From positions 767,479-831,478 of the forward strand of contig NW_005434662.1 of NCBI RefSeq assembly GCF_000315625.1: 64,000 nucleotides of DNA. Direction: 5' to 3'. A program made the position numbers and the translations under genes. The notes beneath the pieces were generated by a model, which saw nothing but the letters and a program-made list of their open reading frames with translations, was not told the DNA's origin and did no database searches. The DNA is from Guillardia theta CCMP2712. Lineage: Eukaryota; Protista; Cryptophyta. Shown one piece after another: positions 1-13,700 of this stretch; the stretch's first letter is position 1, and every line of letters starts with the position of its first letter.

Positions 1-544
1 AGCAGCTTTGGATCTCACTGCCTGCGGGGGGGCCCTTGGAGAGCTGACCTGAGACTGTTCAGCCCCCGCATGCTGATCCCTCCGAGCTGATCTGACAGCG
101 GCGCATCCTGGGACGGATGCTCCTTTGGTGTTTTGCTTCCATGGCTTGTTGCCAGCGTCTCTTACAGCTGTTGAAGTGTTCCTGCCCTTGGGATTCTTCC
201 CAGCGATCATGGTGGAGCAAGGCGATCGGAACAAGGCAACTAGAGGTTATATCTCGAGCAGAGTCCATCACATCACTATGCTGGTTGTATCATCGTCTAC
301 TGCAGGCTCATTGATACGGGATCAGATGCAGGATCTGAGTCGAACTGGACGCTACGTCCAGCTCTCCGGTGGACTTCCTTTGCCCCTCCAGCTTTCCTGC
401 TGTCTCCTCGTGTAGCCACACCTGAAAGGAGGTCAACAATACAGAAACTCTCGAGCATCGAGTCGTTGTTTCAATTCCTTTTCCTCTCTCTTCAATTCTT
501 CATTCAACTCCCTTGATCTGTTCTTCTGCGCAACACATCATGCT

Positions 545-665
545 TCTCATCCACAATCTTCCTCCTCCTCATCATCATCAACATCACCATTATGAACATG
601 AACATGAAGATGAAGATGAACATGAAGATGAAGATGAACATGAACATAAACATCCTGATCCATAT
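545..665. repeat. Low-complexity CAT / ATGAAC / ATGAAG microsatellite tract
   Basis: Direct tandem 3- and 6-mers; they account for the spurious MNMK, HEDE and FIFM ORFs. Confidence 0.85.
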
Positions 666-960
666 CCATCGCCCTCTCCCTCTCATCCTCCTCTCTTTCA
701 TTCTTTGCCTTCTCCTCCCCTGCTCCTTCATGTCCGGCACGCTTCCGAACTCCATGGGCCGCTCTTTCGCCTCTATGCCGTTAGGGGGTGGGTATCTCAT
801 GGGGGGTGGTGTATTTGCAGACAAGGGTGGGTAGGATGCATATCATCTATATGATAGTAAAGCACAGGGGTGATAGCATGATGAAGAAGGGGTGACTATC
901 TTGAAGGGGGTGACATTGAAATTGAGGGGGTAGGGGTGATCTCGCTAGTCAACAAGCGAG

Positions 961-2207
961 ATGGCAGTTGGACTTGTCGCAGAGAGCGACGGAGATGGCG
1001 GGATCAGGCTCAAGATCGCCAAAGGAGATGAGATAGAGAGCGTGATGGTAAGTCCAGAGATGTTCTTGTGTTGAGTTCGAACATGTGACAACCTTACAAA
1101 CCTCGCATTCCCTCAACTCGTTCCTCTGAAGCTATTTTTCAGCACCCTTGTCTTTGCGACCATGACGTAATCATGGTACAGGTGATCGTGAAGCAGCTGC
1201 AGTCAGAGCAGAAGTCTATGGTGAAAAAGTTTGAGGAGTCACAGATGCAGATTGCTTCTCTTAAACGCGAAAACGACGCCTTGAAGAAAGAACTGGGGGA
1301 CCTGACGTCCATCAAACTTCACATCGGCGAGCTCGTCAACAGCCTGAATCAGATCAAGCAGAGACAGGATTCTTTCGAGGAGTTCATCGAGGCCAAGAAC
1401 AAAGAAACGGAGAAAGTCAAGGCTATGATGGATAACGTGAAGCAGCAGAATGGGAAGGATTTGCAGAATATCAAGGAGCTCGAGGACAAAGTTGACAAGG
1501 TGGAGCGGGAGTACTTAGCGTTCAATTCTTACACCGTCAGGAGCATCAACACATTGCAAGAGGAGCTGCATCAGCAGCAAGTGCTCGTACATGAGCGGGT
1601 AGGCTACAAAGAGCTGAATGTATTGAAGGAGGAGTGGGAGAGCGAGTCAAAGAGGGTAGCAGCCTCAGTGAAGGAGTTCGAGGCGGTGATAGAAGACAGG
1701 CTGCGAGGAAAGGCCGATCTCACCGAGATCAAGATGAAGCTGGATCGTTACGAGCTCGACGACCTGCTGTCAAACTTCACACAGTCGATTGAGGAAAAAC
1801 TTCGCTCTCGGGGAAAGATTGTCCAAGAAATCCGAGACGACGTAGACGCCATCCTTGCCCTCATGGTCCAGGACGCCAACGTGGCCGCGGTGACCACTCA
1901 ATGCCTCTCATGCGAGAAAACTTCAGTCAGCATGCGCCCTGGCCCTCCTCCGGGCAGCGGGAGGGAGCCGGTCCTGATGGAGGGGAGCGACGGGCGGTAC
2001 TACCATGGGCCTGAGAGCAGCCCGAGGAGAGCGAGCGAGACTCCCAACCGAGCGGCCATGGACGTGCGGAGTCCGAGGAACATGAGCTACTCCGAGAGCA
2101 AGATGAGGAAGAAAAACGTCTCCATGCAGTCTGATCGCCCAGCCACAGCCATCCCCAAGTCGAAGCAGGAGGGCCTGCTGGACTCTAGCCCGCTGTCTCG
2201 ATGGTGA
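961..2207 (+). CDS. Coiled-coil protein with C-terminal CLSC motif (DUF4795 / QRICH2-C16orf96-like, possibly flagellar)
   Basis: Exon 1 961-1047 (MAVGLVAES...ESVM), GT-AG intron 1048-1181, then in frame with the 344-aa ORF. Long heptad-rich region followed by KAD..E..KLDR and TTQCLSCEK. Confidence 0.7.
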
Positions 2208-2214
2208 AGTCAGA

Positions 2215-5157
2215 TTAGCAGCAGGCGATGAGCGAATCGAGACGCATGTCCTTTGCAATGTTGCGCAGGGAGCAGGTGTGGAGATCTATCCACATGCCGA
2301 GCTCGTTGGTGGGAACCCACCTGCAGAACGAAGTCATGTCAGTCTTGTTGTACCACAAACTCTCACATGAATCAGAATCTTACTTGTTGCCGTGGTGAGG
2401 ATCCTTGTCGTTGCACAATTGCAGCTTCTCCAGCACGGAGGTCGGGCACCTGTGACAAGAGGGCGAGCACGAGAAAGTGAGGAAGGAAGGGGGGAAGAGA
2501 GGGAGGGCAACGAGGAGGAAGACTCATGAAAGGTAGGAGCAAGGCAGAGGCAGGGGGGGTGGGAGGAGCATACAGCGACTTGCGGTATCTCTTGCACTGC
2601 CGGTCAGCCTGCCAGCGCCTGAGGACACAAGGAGTTCCGCTTAGAAGTCAATTACCTGCGACCATGTTGCAGATGGCGACTGATACATCTTGATGCTCAA
2701 ACTGTGAGGCTTCGGTGCTCGCTCCTTGAACCTACGAGTCAGGTGTGAGAAGGGAGAAACTTGGCCTCCATGGTAGCTACAGCTTCCATGCAATGTCCTT
2801 CAGCGTCTGCCCGAGGGTCTTGTCCTCCACCTTCGGCTCATTCTGATCTCTCGCGATCTCAGCCTACAACAAGGAGTAAGCGACCCCAACACGCCCTCAT
2901 CCCTCTGCCTTCTTCGGTTGCGCTTCTTGAAGATTGCTATGGACGCTGGTTGACGTCTTCTTGTGGCTTTTGCGACGACGATGGTGATCGTGTAACGCCG
3001 CATAGTCAAGAAACCTGCCGGGCAAAATGACCTGCCACAGCCAGACAGGTCCCAGTGCTCACTGGATGTCGTCTCTTAACCAATCCAGCCTCAATTCACT
3101 CCTGCGGTAGCTTTCAGAGCAGGCCAGTCCCTGAGAGGGAGGAGCCGCGACCTGTCGATGGTCGATGAATGATCCTTGTCCATCAACTTGAACTTCTCAT
3201 GCTCTGGGAGCCCAGCGCTCGTCAGACAACATTCAACATAACTCAGAGATCTCTCCACCATCTTCTTTGTTCGCATCTGGGAAATCTCGATGCACTGCAG
3301 CCCACCACTCCGACCATGAGATCTTGTCCACCAGAGCAGCCTCAGTCGAAAGTGAATCAGCTCTAGACGATAGACCTGATTGTCCGTTGGAGCAACGTCC
3401 ATGTCCTCGAACATGGCATCTGCCATATCCTCTAGCACATCCTACAAGGTCTGTTAGCACCGGAACATCAGTTGCGACATCGCTCACAGAATCAGGGACG
3501 GCATCATCGTCGACGTGATCCACGAATCTTGTGCTCTCCTGCAAAAGATTTAGTCTTGGGCGTTCGTGGTGTGCGTTTCTAACATCCTCTTCTGAATCGT
3601 CCTGTCCGGATGGCATCGACTTGTGTCTACTCTGCAAGCTCGAGCTTATAATTGTTTTCTCGTCGATGGGAGGCGGGACAATCAGAGGTTGTCCTGCTCG
3701 ACGTTAGATCGAAAGTCCTCTTTGAGCGTATTACCTTCATTCTCGACTTGAGACGACGACCCTCCTCCGCATGCACAGCATGCAGTGGAGGCATCCACAC
3801 CGTTGTGATCAGGATACAATATGGAAAACGTACACCACAATCTATGGTGGCTGTATGCTTCACAACCCATCCCATGAAAGTCAGCCCATTTGGTGTCATC
3901 TTTGCAGTTTTGAGATTGTCCAGTTGTCTAGAGCGCAGATGAGTGAACAATCAAAAATGCTTAGCAATACATCCGAGATTTGATTCAACAAGTTCATGTT
4001 CTCAGACTTGCTTGATGATGATGATGATGATGATGATCCTTCATTCGTCCTTCTCGTCAATACCCACTTCATCATCGCGTTGGGTAAGCATTCATACCAG
4101 AGTTCGAAGAAGACCTCGGCTTGTAGTGAAGGATATTTTCAGCATGATCCTGTACAAGAAGCTTCAGCCAGATTTTCCTAACAAAGAAGGGCATCACCGA
4201 AGTATGTGGCTCTTCCTGATGCCGGTGATCGCGGCTGTACCGGTTACCACTGTCTTCGCTAGGACTGTATTTCAATTGATCCTGCGGCTCTGCTTCCCTC
4301 CTGTATTCGTGGTTGTAGTGATGTCTACTGTGCTCGCTAGGACTGTATTGGAAATGATGATTCGGCAACTCTGCGCCATGCTGGTGCCCTTGGCTGTGAT
4401 GGTGACCACCCTCCTCTCTTGGGTTGTACCTCAATTGATTCTGCACCACAGGATCTTCGGCTCGGATGCTGCAAGATCAGTCAGATCACTCCTCCCTTTC
4501 CCCCACAACAATGTCAAGAATGACCTCTTGCCCGGGTATGACCGGTCGTGGTAGCTGCCGAGGTCATGGGGGAGCGAGGGCCTCTGGTAGAGCTCCGACG
4601 GGCGATACTTGTGGATCTGAGGACTGCTCTGCTCGTGAAGTTGGTTCGGAGGCCCTACCTTGTACTGACTCATGTGACCCTTGGCCTTGGCCTTCAGCGC
4701 CACTTCTCTCGAGATCCCGACTTCATGGTCTGCTTGCATCCTCTGGCGTCAACTCAAGATGCTCGGGACCAAACAGGTCGACCTGGTTTGAGTTCCCTGG
4801 GCTCCTCCCCGTCCGGCATGAGGTAGGATATCTGGGGGACGACAACCATCATCGCACTTGGAGCCAGAGCTCAGAGCTTACCACGAAGAGAACCATGAAC
4901 AGCACTAGCACGAAGCCCATGAAAAGAGTTCGGTTCCTCACTGTCCAAATCGTCACGCAAAGAGTCAGGTTCAAGGTAACGATCCTACCATCAAGTAGCG
5001 GAAACAACATGCCAGAATGGCGTTTCCTTTGCAAGTTATCGTCGACATGCTTCTTTTCACTCTTATCCTTTCTGAAAACAGCACGAATCACGAGCATTTG
5101 TACAACCAGACAGCCAAGTTACATATTTGAAAGCTCCACTCCAGCACGTTGCCGCAT
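2215..5157 (-). CDS. Multi-exon uncharacterised membrane-anchored protein: N-terminal TM, His-rich repeats, CCACGGG Cys module, EF-hand-like motif
   Basis: ATG 5157 (MRQRAGVELSN), hydrophobic LFMGFVLVLFMVLFVV, ASTACCACGGG, FKLMDKDHSSTID, terminal exon ...DSLIACC*. Exon structure only partly resolved. Confidence 0.55.
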
Positions 5158-5518
5158 GTTGTTTTGTATCTTTAGACACTGATCACAGCACCCGTCAATC
5201 GACTTAAATTTGATCCCTCTGACGCTTCGACTGAACGCTTCCTGGCTCTTGCCAACTGTCCTCATCCCTCTTTCCCTCTTCCGCCACAATGCATGCTCCA
5301 CTTGGCTCTTGTCCCTGACCCTAGCCGTGACCCTGACCCTTCCTTCAACCCTCTGTCTGTCTGTCTGCCTCTTGTTCTCTCTCTCCCTCTCCCTTATTCC
5401 TTCTCGTTATCCTCCCTCCTCGCCCCTCCATCCTTTTACGCAGCATCCCATTCAGCATCTCCAGCTTCCCGTCCATCAGCCAGGCCTGCAGCCAGGCCAT
5501 CAGCACAGGGCCATCAGC

Positions 5519-5752
5519 ACAAAACTGTGGGTCTGAGGAGGAACGAGGGCTCATACTTGCCGGGCTCAGCCGGGCCCGACCTGGCGCGACCCCGGCGCCG
5601 GCCCGGCGGTCGTCTCAGTTGGAGTCAGTGACAAAACTACGGGTCTGAGGAGGGACGAGGGATCATGAGTCACCCCGGCCCCCACTTGCCGGGCTCAGCC
5701 GGGCCCGACCCGGCGACCCGCCGGCCCGGTCGTCTCAGTTGGAGTCGGTGAC
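5519..5752. repeat. Two tandem imperfect copies of a ~115-bp GC-rich unit
   Basis: acaaaact..gggtctgaggagg..acgaggg...acttgccgggctcagccgggcccgacc...ggtcgtctcagttggagtc occurs at ~5519 and ~5631. Confidence 0.85.
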
Positions 5753-7840
5753 GGTCACGCTAGTCACTGAGCGGCGCACTACTGCCTGTCGGAGTTTTCC
5801 ATGGAAGTTCTCGTGCCTTCTCACAGTCGTGGTCCCCGAGATCAGACCCTGTTGTGTTGCCAGCATCACGATACCTCATGACCACAGGAACGTGACCGGT
5901 ACACAGGTCAACGGAGACGTGCCCCGAGATTCGCTTTAAAGCATCATGCGAGCTCCATGGCCTTACGAGTCCTTCGACTTGACAAGCTCAATCCAGAGCC
6001 TTCTTCCGCTCCCACCTCGTGACCTTCCTTGCGAGTTTATCGGTTGAATACCGTTATCTGCGCTCTCGGGATCAGGTGCATCGTGACCAACACCCTTACA
6101 GGGCAAGTCACGAGGCTGTCTGGGTGACCGTTGACTCCTTCAATGGCTCGAAAAAATACACCGTTCCATTTTGCAGGGCACAGATGGTCACGTGTACGAT
6201 CCCGTGATAATTCAAAAGACTTCTTTTCCATCTACCGGGCCTGGAAATGGTCTGAAAACATCAATGTTTGGTATTTATATATTTGTAGGTTTGGCTCCTT
6301 GGGAGTGCCTCCCATCATACTCCCCTGCTCTGTTCCTCCTTTTGACCCCTTTGCTGCCCTTGGCCTCTCACCCTGTCTCGACCGTCAGTATCTCCCACGG
6401 CACGCAGGAAGGCTTCCATCCTAACAGTATCCTCCCTTTCCTGTGGATCGACAGCTGTGATTTGAACAAAACCACTCCACAAATTGAATGCCTCAACAAT
6501 GAGACTTTGTATGGACAGTGTGAGGACTGAACCCCTGGGTATGATGCTCCCTGAGAATATTTTGGACGAATGCTCGGAACGACAGCACAACAACGAGAAT
6601 TCTGATTTGTGCGACATCTGCGATATACTAGGTATCACCGTCGAAAGATTTGAATCCTTCTCGATGGGAAAGAAGAAGGCTCTCTGTAGCCTAGCATTGT
6701 CTATACGTTACTTAACTCGTCAGCAAGAACTTGATGGCGGAAATTTGGATGGCAAGTTGCTGCCATGTCAGAAACCATTCTTTCGCTTCGAATAGGAAAT
6801 TATTTGTTGATCTGATGCTGTAAAATAGCTCCTCCTCTTGTAAATTTAATGGATTAAAGAAAAGTTCAGGAAGTTGATACGCGACGCAGAGCGTGTTGAA
6901 ATAATCGTGTGTATCTTGCAGCCCTGTTCGGAAGCACAATGACTTCACACCATAGCTGCAATTTCACACATCCGATCCCAAGTTGTCAAAGATTTCGTAA
7001 CTTGAATGATCCCATCGCCTGCGTTATGCTTTTTCACGCTCCGTCATACGGACAATCCAATGTGCCCATCTCTCAGATTTTTCTAATTTCTGATGATGAC
7101 AATTGCAATTCATCAGAAATTAGCAATCCTCTAACATGCTTTCTGTTGCCGAGCAGATGGTTAACGCGGCCACCGCTGCCGCCAGTCCGCTTGGAACTTG
7201 GAAAAGAACGCAGGGCCGGCTGAGCGCCGGGAAACTCAGTCTGTGGGTTGTCACCCGACTTGACTCGGACGAAGCTGTTCGTCAGAGCCCCCGGTCGAAA
7301 CTTGGAGGAAGCAGGAAGATGATGGTTGCTCGCCATGGCGGAAATTGCACACTTTCGATTGGACGCATTTTCCGGCGAAAGCAATTTTAAAACTTTCATT
7401 GCAGTCAACCGGGCTCAAACGGAAATGTAACCGTTTTTACAATTCTATTTTTGGCCCGGCAGCTAGTCAAAGAAGAGCAGGAAATGTACGATACTATCAC
7501 TGTCATTGCGGGCGGCCGTGGCTGACAATGATGAGAGTTGTATGAAGAACGAGAGTGGGAGCTCCCAAGACACTTGTACAAGTAGGAGAGAAAGTTAGGA
7601 GGAACTTGCAAGCTTCAAGAGGCCTTTTAGAGCCGCAGAACGAAGGATGCCGGAGGCGGGTCAGGATAGAGAGGCTATCAGGCAGAGGATGAAATCGAAT
7701 GGAACGATTTAGTTGGAATGGACCGAGTGATACTAAGAGACTGAGGCATGAGATTGACAAAGTTGTGCAGATGTTTGAACTTCTCTGGAATGCAGCAAAG
7801 GATTCTAAGCCCACTCCTTCCAAGCCTGTACGGCCTTGAC
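5750..7840 (+). pseudogene. Degenerate coding-like insert of unknown origin
   Basis: Lower GC than flanking genes, no clear introns, protein-like fragments in shifting frames broken by stops (e.g. WLLAMAEIAHFRLDAFSGESNFKTFIAVNR). Confidence 0.3.
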
Positions 7841-8095
7841 AGCTCAGGCTGTCATCCCTGTCTCAACTAATCCTTGTGTACAGGCTCAGGGCTCCTGGAT
7901 GGCTGATCATTCTGCACAGATGCTCGCCAACAACAACGGGACTATTGACTGCTCCCTCCCCTACAACGACTATACTCCCAAGTGCAACCCCAAGATGTTC
8001 TCCTAGATACAAGTAGGCATTTCATAGAGTTTGTTCACGGCGTGAAGTGAAAAGCCGAACCATTGCAAGCTCGTTCTCTTCCATCTAGAGTCTCT

Positions 8096-10787
8096 CTATG
8101 CTAACGCACGGATCGCGATCTCCATGGTATCCTTGCTCACACCTTCAGTGTTGCGCACGCGCTCCAGCTGGGCCTTCATAGACGCCTGGCGAGGAGCGTC
8201 AAATCTCTTGTAGCCTGCCAACTTGGTCAGGATCTTGGCGGCTGTCTGCGGGTTGAGCTTGTCGAGCTCGAGGATGCGATCAGTCAGCCAACGGTGTCCG
8301 CTGCCGTCTGCCCGATGGAAGTGTTTCATGTTGCCGGCAAAGCTGATGAAGAGCGAACGGCAGATGTTGGGATTCTTGATGGTGAAGGAGGGATGCTTGA
8401 ACAGCTTGTCCACAATCTCGAGAGCTTGATCTGTACAGGCCGCGGCCTGGATGGCAATCCACTTGCAGAACACAAGGTTGTCGTCCTTGGCGTGTTGCTG
8501 GTAAAAGTGCTCCAGCGCCTTGTCGCTTTGCTCGCCAGGATTAGCGGCGAGGCAGCTGGCAGCAGCAACGAGGTCGGTCATGCAGTTAGCTGTGAGGGCT
8601 TGCTTCAGACACACGTCAAGCACTTCCTTGTCTCCGAGAGCTGCGAGGTAGCCCAGACAGACGTTCTTAAGCCTCCTCATTCCGATTGCCTCTGCGTCAT
8701 TCCGGAAGGAATCTTCCGGCAACAAGTTCGCCTCGTAGGTCTTGAGGAGATGATCACGGAGGCTTCTGGCGATCTCCTTCTTGGTAAACTTGTAGGCGTC
8801 TACCAGTGCGTCGGGGTCCACGATCTCCATGCTCTCCGCCAGGTTCTGCAGGTTCGGCAAGGTCAGGGCGTAAGCTTGCAGCGACTTGTCGAGGGAAGTG
8901 TCCAGAAGGGTTCTCCGAACGGCGTCGACAAGTTTAGCGTTGAGCTGCATGGCTTGCCCAGCCTGCATGGCCTTGGCGTTCGCATGAATTGTTCTGCTGA
9001 ACATGAGCTGACCTGCTTCCCAGCGATTGAAGCTGTCCTTGTCATGTGCCATCAGGAACGCCAACTCCTCATCGTCTCGCTCGTACTCAAGTTTGATGGG
9101 AGCGCTGAAGCCCCGCAAGAGAGACAGGACGGGCTTCGAGTTCACGTTCTCGATCACAAACTCCTGACTGGCCTCCTTCAGCTCCAGCACTCTTTCAGGC
9201 AAAAGTTCGGACCCGTCCTGCGCCAGGAATCCAACGCGGATGGGCATGTGGAAAGGTAAAGCATCGCCTCCCTGCGGCGTGCGGCAAGACTGCTTGAGAA
9301 GCAGCGACAATCGCTTCGCTTCCACGTCATACTTGGCCTCGCAGCGGACCACTGGAGTACCAGCCTGCAGGTACCAGCGCTCGAACTGAGTCAGATCGAC
9401 GCCATTGGCGTCAGCCATCGCTCGGCGGAAGTCATCACAAGTGACGGCGGAACCGTCATGGCGTTGGAAGTAAAGGTCCATGCCCTTTCGGAATCCTTCC
9501 TTGCCGAGCAGAGTGTGGTACATCCGGATGACCTCTGCTCCCTTCCGGTAGACGGTGACAGTGTAGAAGTTATCCATGGCGATGTAGCTCTCAGGCCGGA
9601 TCGGATGGGCCATCGGGCCGTTGTCCTCAGGGAACTGCATCGAGCGCACAACGTTCACGTCTTCGATGCGTTTGACAGCCGCTGACGTCATGTCCATGCT
9701 GAACTGCTGGTCCCTGAACACGGTGAGACCTTCCTTCAGGGTGAGTTGGAACCAGTCTCTGCATGTCACTCGGTTGCCGGTCCAGTTGTGGAAATACTCG
9801 TGCGCAATGATCCCTTGGATCCTCTCATAATCCGCATCGGTGGCGGTCTCGGGGCTTGCTAGGACGCAGCTAGTGTTGAAGATGTTCAGAGACTTGTTCT
9901 CCATCGCGCCCATGTTGAAGTCGTTGACGGCGACCACGTTGAAGATATCCAGGTCATACTCCAGCCCAAAAGTCTCTTCATCCCATCTCATGGCCTTCTT
10001 CAAAGAGTCCATGGCATGATAGAGCTTCTTGACGTTGTTGTGCTCTGAGTACATGTTCAAGGCCACGACCTTCTCGGATCTTGTTACAAACGTGTCCCGG
10101 ATGAAGCCGAGGTCTCCCGCCACCATCGCAAACAGGTCTGCAAGAAAGGAGGAAGGAAAGAAGAGAAGAAGTCAGCCTCCAAGAAGAGAGCCTACGACAA
10201 TTGAGCTTACATGAAGGTTTCGGGAACGGATCGTTGTAAGTGGCAAAGTGCCTCCCGTTCTCAAGGTCACCATTCTCAGTCATGTTGCCGTTGGAGAGCA
10301 GGACGGGGCAGCTCTCCTTGTCCGCCTCGATCCTCACCTCATACGTCGCCATGATGTCCGGCCTGTCCTGCATGAGGGTGATGCGCCGGAAGCCCTCTGC
10401 CTCACACTGCGTGCAGTAGATGGAGGAAGACTTGTACAGCCCACTCAGCTGCGTGTTCTCCTCGGGTTTGGTGGTGACCAGCGACTGGAGCACGAAGCTT
10501 GAAGGGAGGGGGCCAGAGATCTCGAGCAAGTCCTCCTCCACCCACGAGTACCGAGAGGGCGGGAGAGTCTCTCCATCGATGGACAGGCTCTGCAGGGTCA
10601 GGCCCTCCCCATCCAGCTGGAACGGGGCGTTCTCCGGAGCTCCGTCGCGCCTCTTGACCTTGAGGGAGGAGGATACCTTGGTGCAGTCCTCGAAGACTTG
10701 GAACAGCAGGTTCACCTGCTCCACGAAGTAGTTGGTAGGAGTGTAGTCCCTGCGAAACTTCTCCTTGAGCGCCTTCTTCTCCGCCAT
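8096..10787 (-). CDS. pepN: M1-family alanyl aminopeptidase N (PepN type)
   Basis: GAMENK, HEYFH..E zinc motif, NWTGNRVTCRDWFQLTLKEG, TQCEAEGFRRIT. Intron ~10139-10210 joins PKPS/YLFAMVAG. An extra 5' exon is possible. Confidence 0.96.
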
Positions 10788-13700
10788 GGTGGCCCTGGCG
10801 ACAAGGCAAGGTCAGGCTTCCGAAGGCACAGAGTTTCGAGGCCCCATGCACACCGACACAAACGCAGGACGGTTCTTCATATCCAACCCCCCCAACCCCC
10901 CCGCCTCCAACTTCACACCATGAACTCCTGATCTCGTCCTCCTGCGACACCTGCGCGTCGTGCTGCTCGTCTAATCTCCGCTCCCGCACTCCCTTGTCTG
11001 AGTTGCAGCTGCGGTTGCTCGCTCGACATCAACCCTCTCCTCTGCCTCCGTCTCGCCCATCCCTGCATTCCTCTCCCCCTCCAACCGCCTGCTGCTCTAC
11101 CTGCTGCACCTTCTTGCTGTACCATCCCCTCTCCTCTCCCCTGCCCTCCTAGCGCCCTGCGCCCCGTTGCCGGCATTTGTGCTGATGCGACAGGGTAAAA
11201 CGAGGTGCAGGGGCAGCGAATTGAGGATAATTGCAAAAAAGGTGCGGGGAGGGCAGCAATGCTGGAGCGACATGGAGGGGGAGAACGATGAGGTGAGAAG
11301 GGGAGGGAGGGGAGGGGAGGGGAGGGGAGGAGAGGGGAGGGGAGGATTGAGAGGAGAGGAGGGAGACCGGAAGGGAAGAAGTCAAGGAGAGACAAGGGGA
11401 GGGGCAGTGCATTCAGACCAAGTGTGAGGGTCAGGATAGGAACGCTGTAGTCTCAGGACGAGAGGAAAGGTAAGTGTAGACAGGGAAGGGCAGAACAAAC
11501 CAGGGGAGGAGAGGGAACTAAATGGGAGAGGGGAGAGGGGAGGCGACTAAAAGTGGAGGAGAGGGGAGAGGGAGAGGAGGGGGGACCAAAGGGGAGGAGA
11601 GGACACCAAAGGGGAGGGGGGAGGGGGGAGACAGGAAGATTTCTACCAGTGGGGCAATCAGAGGCTTGAGGGCTGACCGTGTTGAGATCTCTTTATAGTT
11701 GCTCTAGCGACTTTAAACTCCTCACGTGCAATCTCTACTCCCGCATACTGGCGCGCGCGGTGCTGGCTAGCGCACAAGAAAACACACAAACACACACACA
11801 AACACACACGCAACCCATCCCTCCCCAACCTCCTCTGTCTCCTCCACAAGAGTCTCCGCAAGCCTCCGCCTCAGTCTCGCTCACTCGATCGCTCACTCTC
11901 CGAGCATGAAGTCTTGTTGCACGTCCAGCCACACTCGCGCGATCCTCGCCTAGTCGATGTCGCTCAGCCTCTCCCTCGTCCAGCTCTCGCCTCCCTGCGC
12001 TGCCTCACGCTCCTCCTCCTCTGAGCGACCAGACAGCATCACCTCGTGCAGCGGACGCAAGCTCCCTGCTGCATCTCAAGGCGAGCAAGATCCACGCCCA
12101 TGCTGTAGCACTGGCTGACGACTCCGGGTGCTCATGCGGGACTCCCAGCGGCTCTCGTCTCGCCATCTCCTCCTGCGCGTTGCTCACGGGGGTCCTGCTT
12201 GCTCGATGGCGCACAAACGCGCAGACGATCCTCTCCGAGCTCCAGGCGCCGCTCCATGTCCCGCAGCCTCAGCTCCTCGCGGCTGCCAGGCTGCCGCAGT
12301 AGTGCGTCTCAGCCTGGCCTCCTCCTCCTACACTCGCGCAGCGGAATCAAGTTGCTCCAGTAATCTGTTCTGACTATCCGAGTTTGCCCTCAGCCTGGCA
12401 GTTTCCTCAGGCTGAGTCACGGTCTCAGTGAGGCTCTCACGGCCGAGGCTCCGGGAGACTGAGACTTCTAAGACGGTCACTGGGTACTAGGGCCCGGGTC
12501 GCCGGGCCCCTCTCAGAGTCTGATCGGATCGGACTCACCGGCTGAGCCTCGGAGCCCGGCGGAATCCGCCCGGGCCTGCGGAGCCGGGGTCGGTGGGGGG
12601 ACGAGGGCTACCAAAAACAAAGACAAGGGGGTGGATCTACCCTCGTTGCCCATCACTTCACAAAAATTAACCCCACCCCCTTATTATGGTACCTACTTCA
12701 TTGATACCCCCTCAAAGTCCTATCTGACAAACTTATACCCCTTCTTTCTCCGGTATTGACACCCGTATTGGCGTGCTGTAGAATACCACCCCCTATGATA
12801 TCCATCTCAGTTTCCAATACAACCCCTCCAATTGTACCCTACCCCTGAGCAGAAATTGCAACAAGTGGAGAACCACCCCAACCCATCGGATCACCCCTAC
12901 CCACGAAAAGATTCCTACAACTCCCACCACCCCCACCCCATACAATTTGAACCCCCCCATTCTCCCACAGAATCGGGGGATGATTTACAACAAAGTGGGA
13001 CCACCCCCACCCTCGATCGCACGTGAAGTGAACCCCCTCCGCGTCCTCTCTCTCCGCCCAACCCACCAGCTCCCAAAGACTTGGTCTCCCTGCCTTTATC
13101 CCTGTGCCCTCTACCAATTTTCCTCCCGGAAATTCTACGTATTCATTCTCCTCCTCTCCCTCCTTTCCCTTCCGTCTTCATCCTTTGCCGCTTCATCTTG
13201 GCTTATCCTGGGTTTCCCCTCAGACTTGCGCCCCTTTCCTCCTGCAAATGGACTTGCGCCCCCTTCATCCTTCACCGGCCTCAACTTTTCATTACCTTCC
13301 TCGCCGACTTATTGACCCTTATTTCCTATGGCCTCTGCGTCTATCTTTTTCTCTGTTGCAATGTCTCAAAGCGCTTCCTGCTTGCCTTCCTGTTTCCTTG
13401 CCCACTCTTCAGTCCTTATCACCTTCCTGCAAAACCATCCGCACATCCCATGCACTACAACGTCGTTGCTTGCGGCAGTACTCACTTGCTTGTTTGACCT
13501 GATTGGCTCGTACCTTTCTCTGCTTTCTTGTCATGTCCGCCCCGTTCCATCTTGCTAGTCACTGTGCCCTGTTTTTACACCTCCTTGGCACATGACAGCT
13601 TGGGCCGTGCTGGGCCCTCGCTGCCGCTATCACCACGAAGTTTGTGTTGCCGTGAGACATGCAGATGTAGATGGTTGAAGTGACCGAATGCCTTGACGGG

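Noticed and set aside
1-430. Possible minus-strand exons at the window start
   Set aside because: Splice-like signals present, but no consistent frame or recognisable product
8294-9259. Long antisense ORFs (also 14643-15758)
   Set aside because: Shadows of codon-biased pepN and purH
11658-12373. Short ORFs between pepN and purH
   Set aside because: Low complexity, no coherent model or motif
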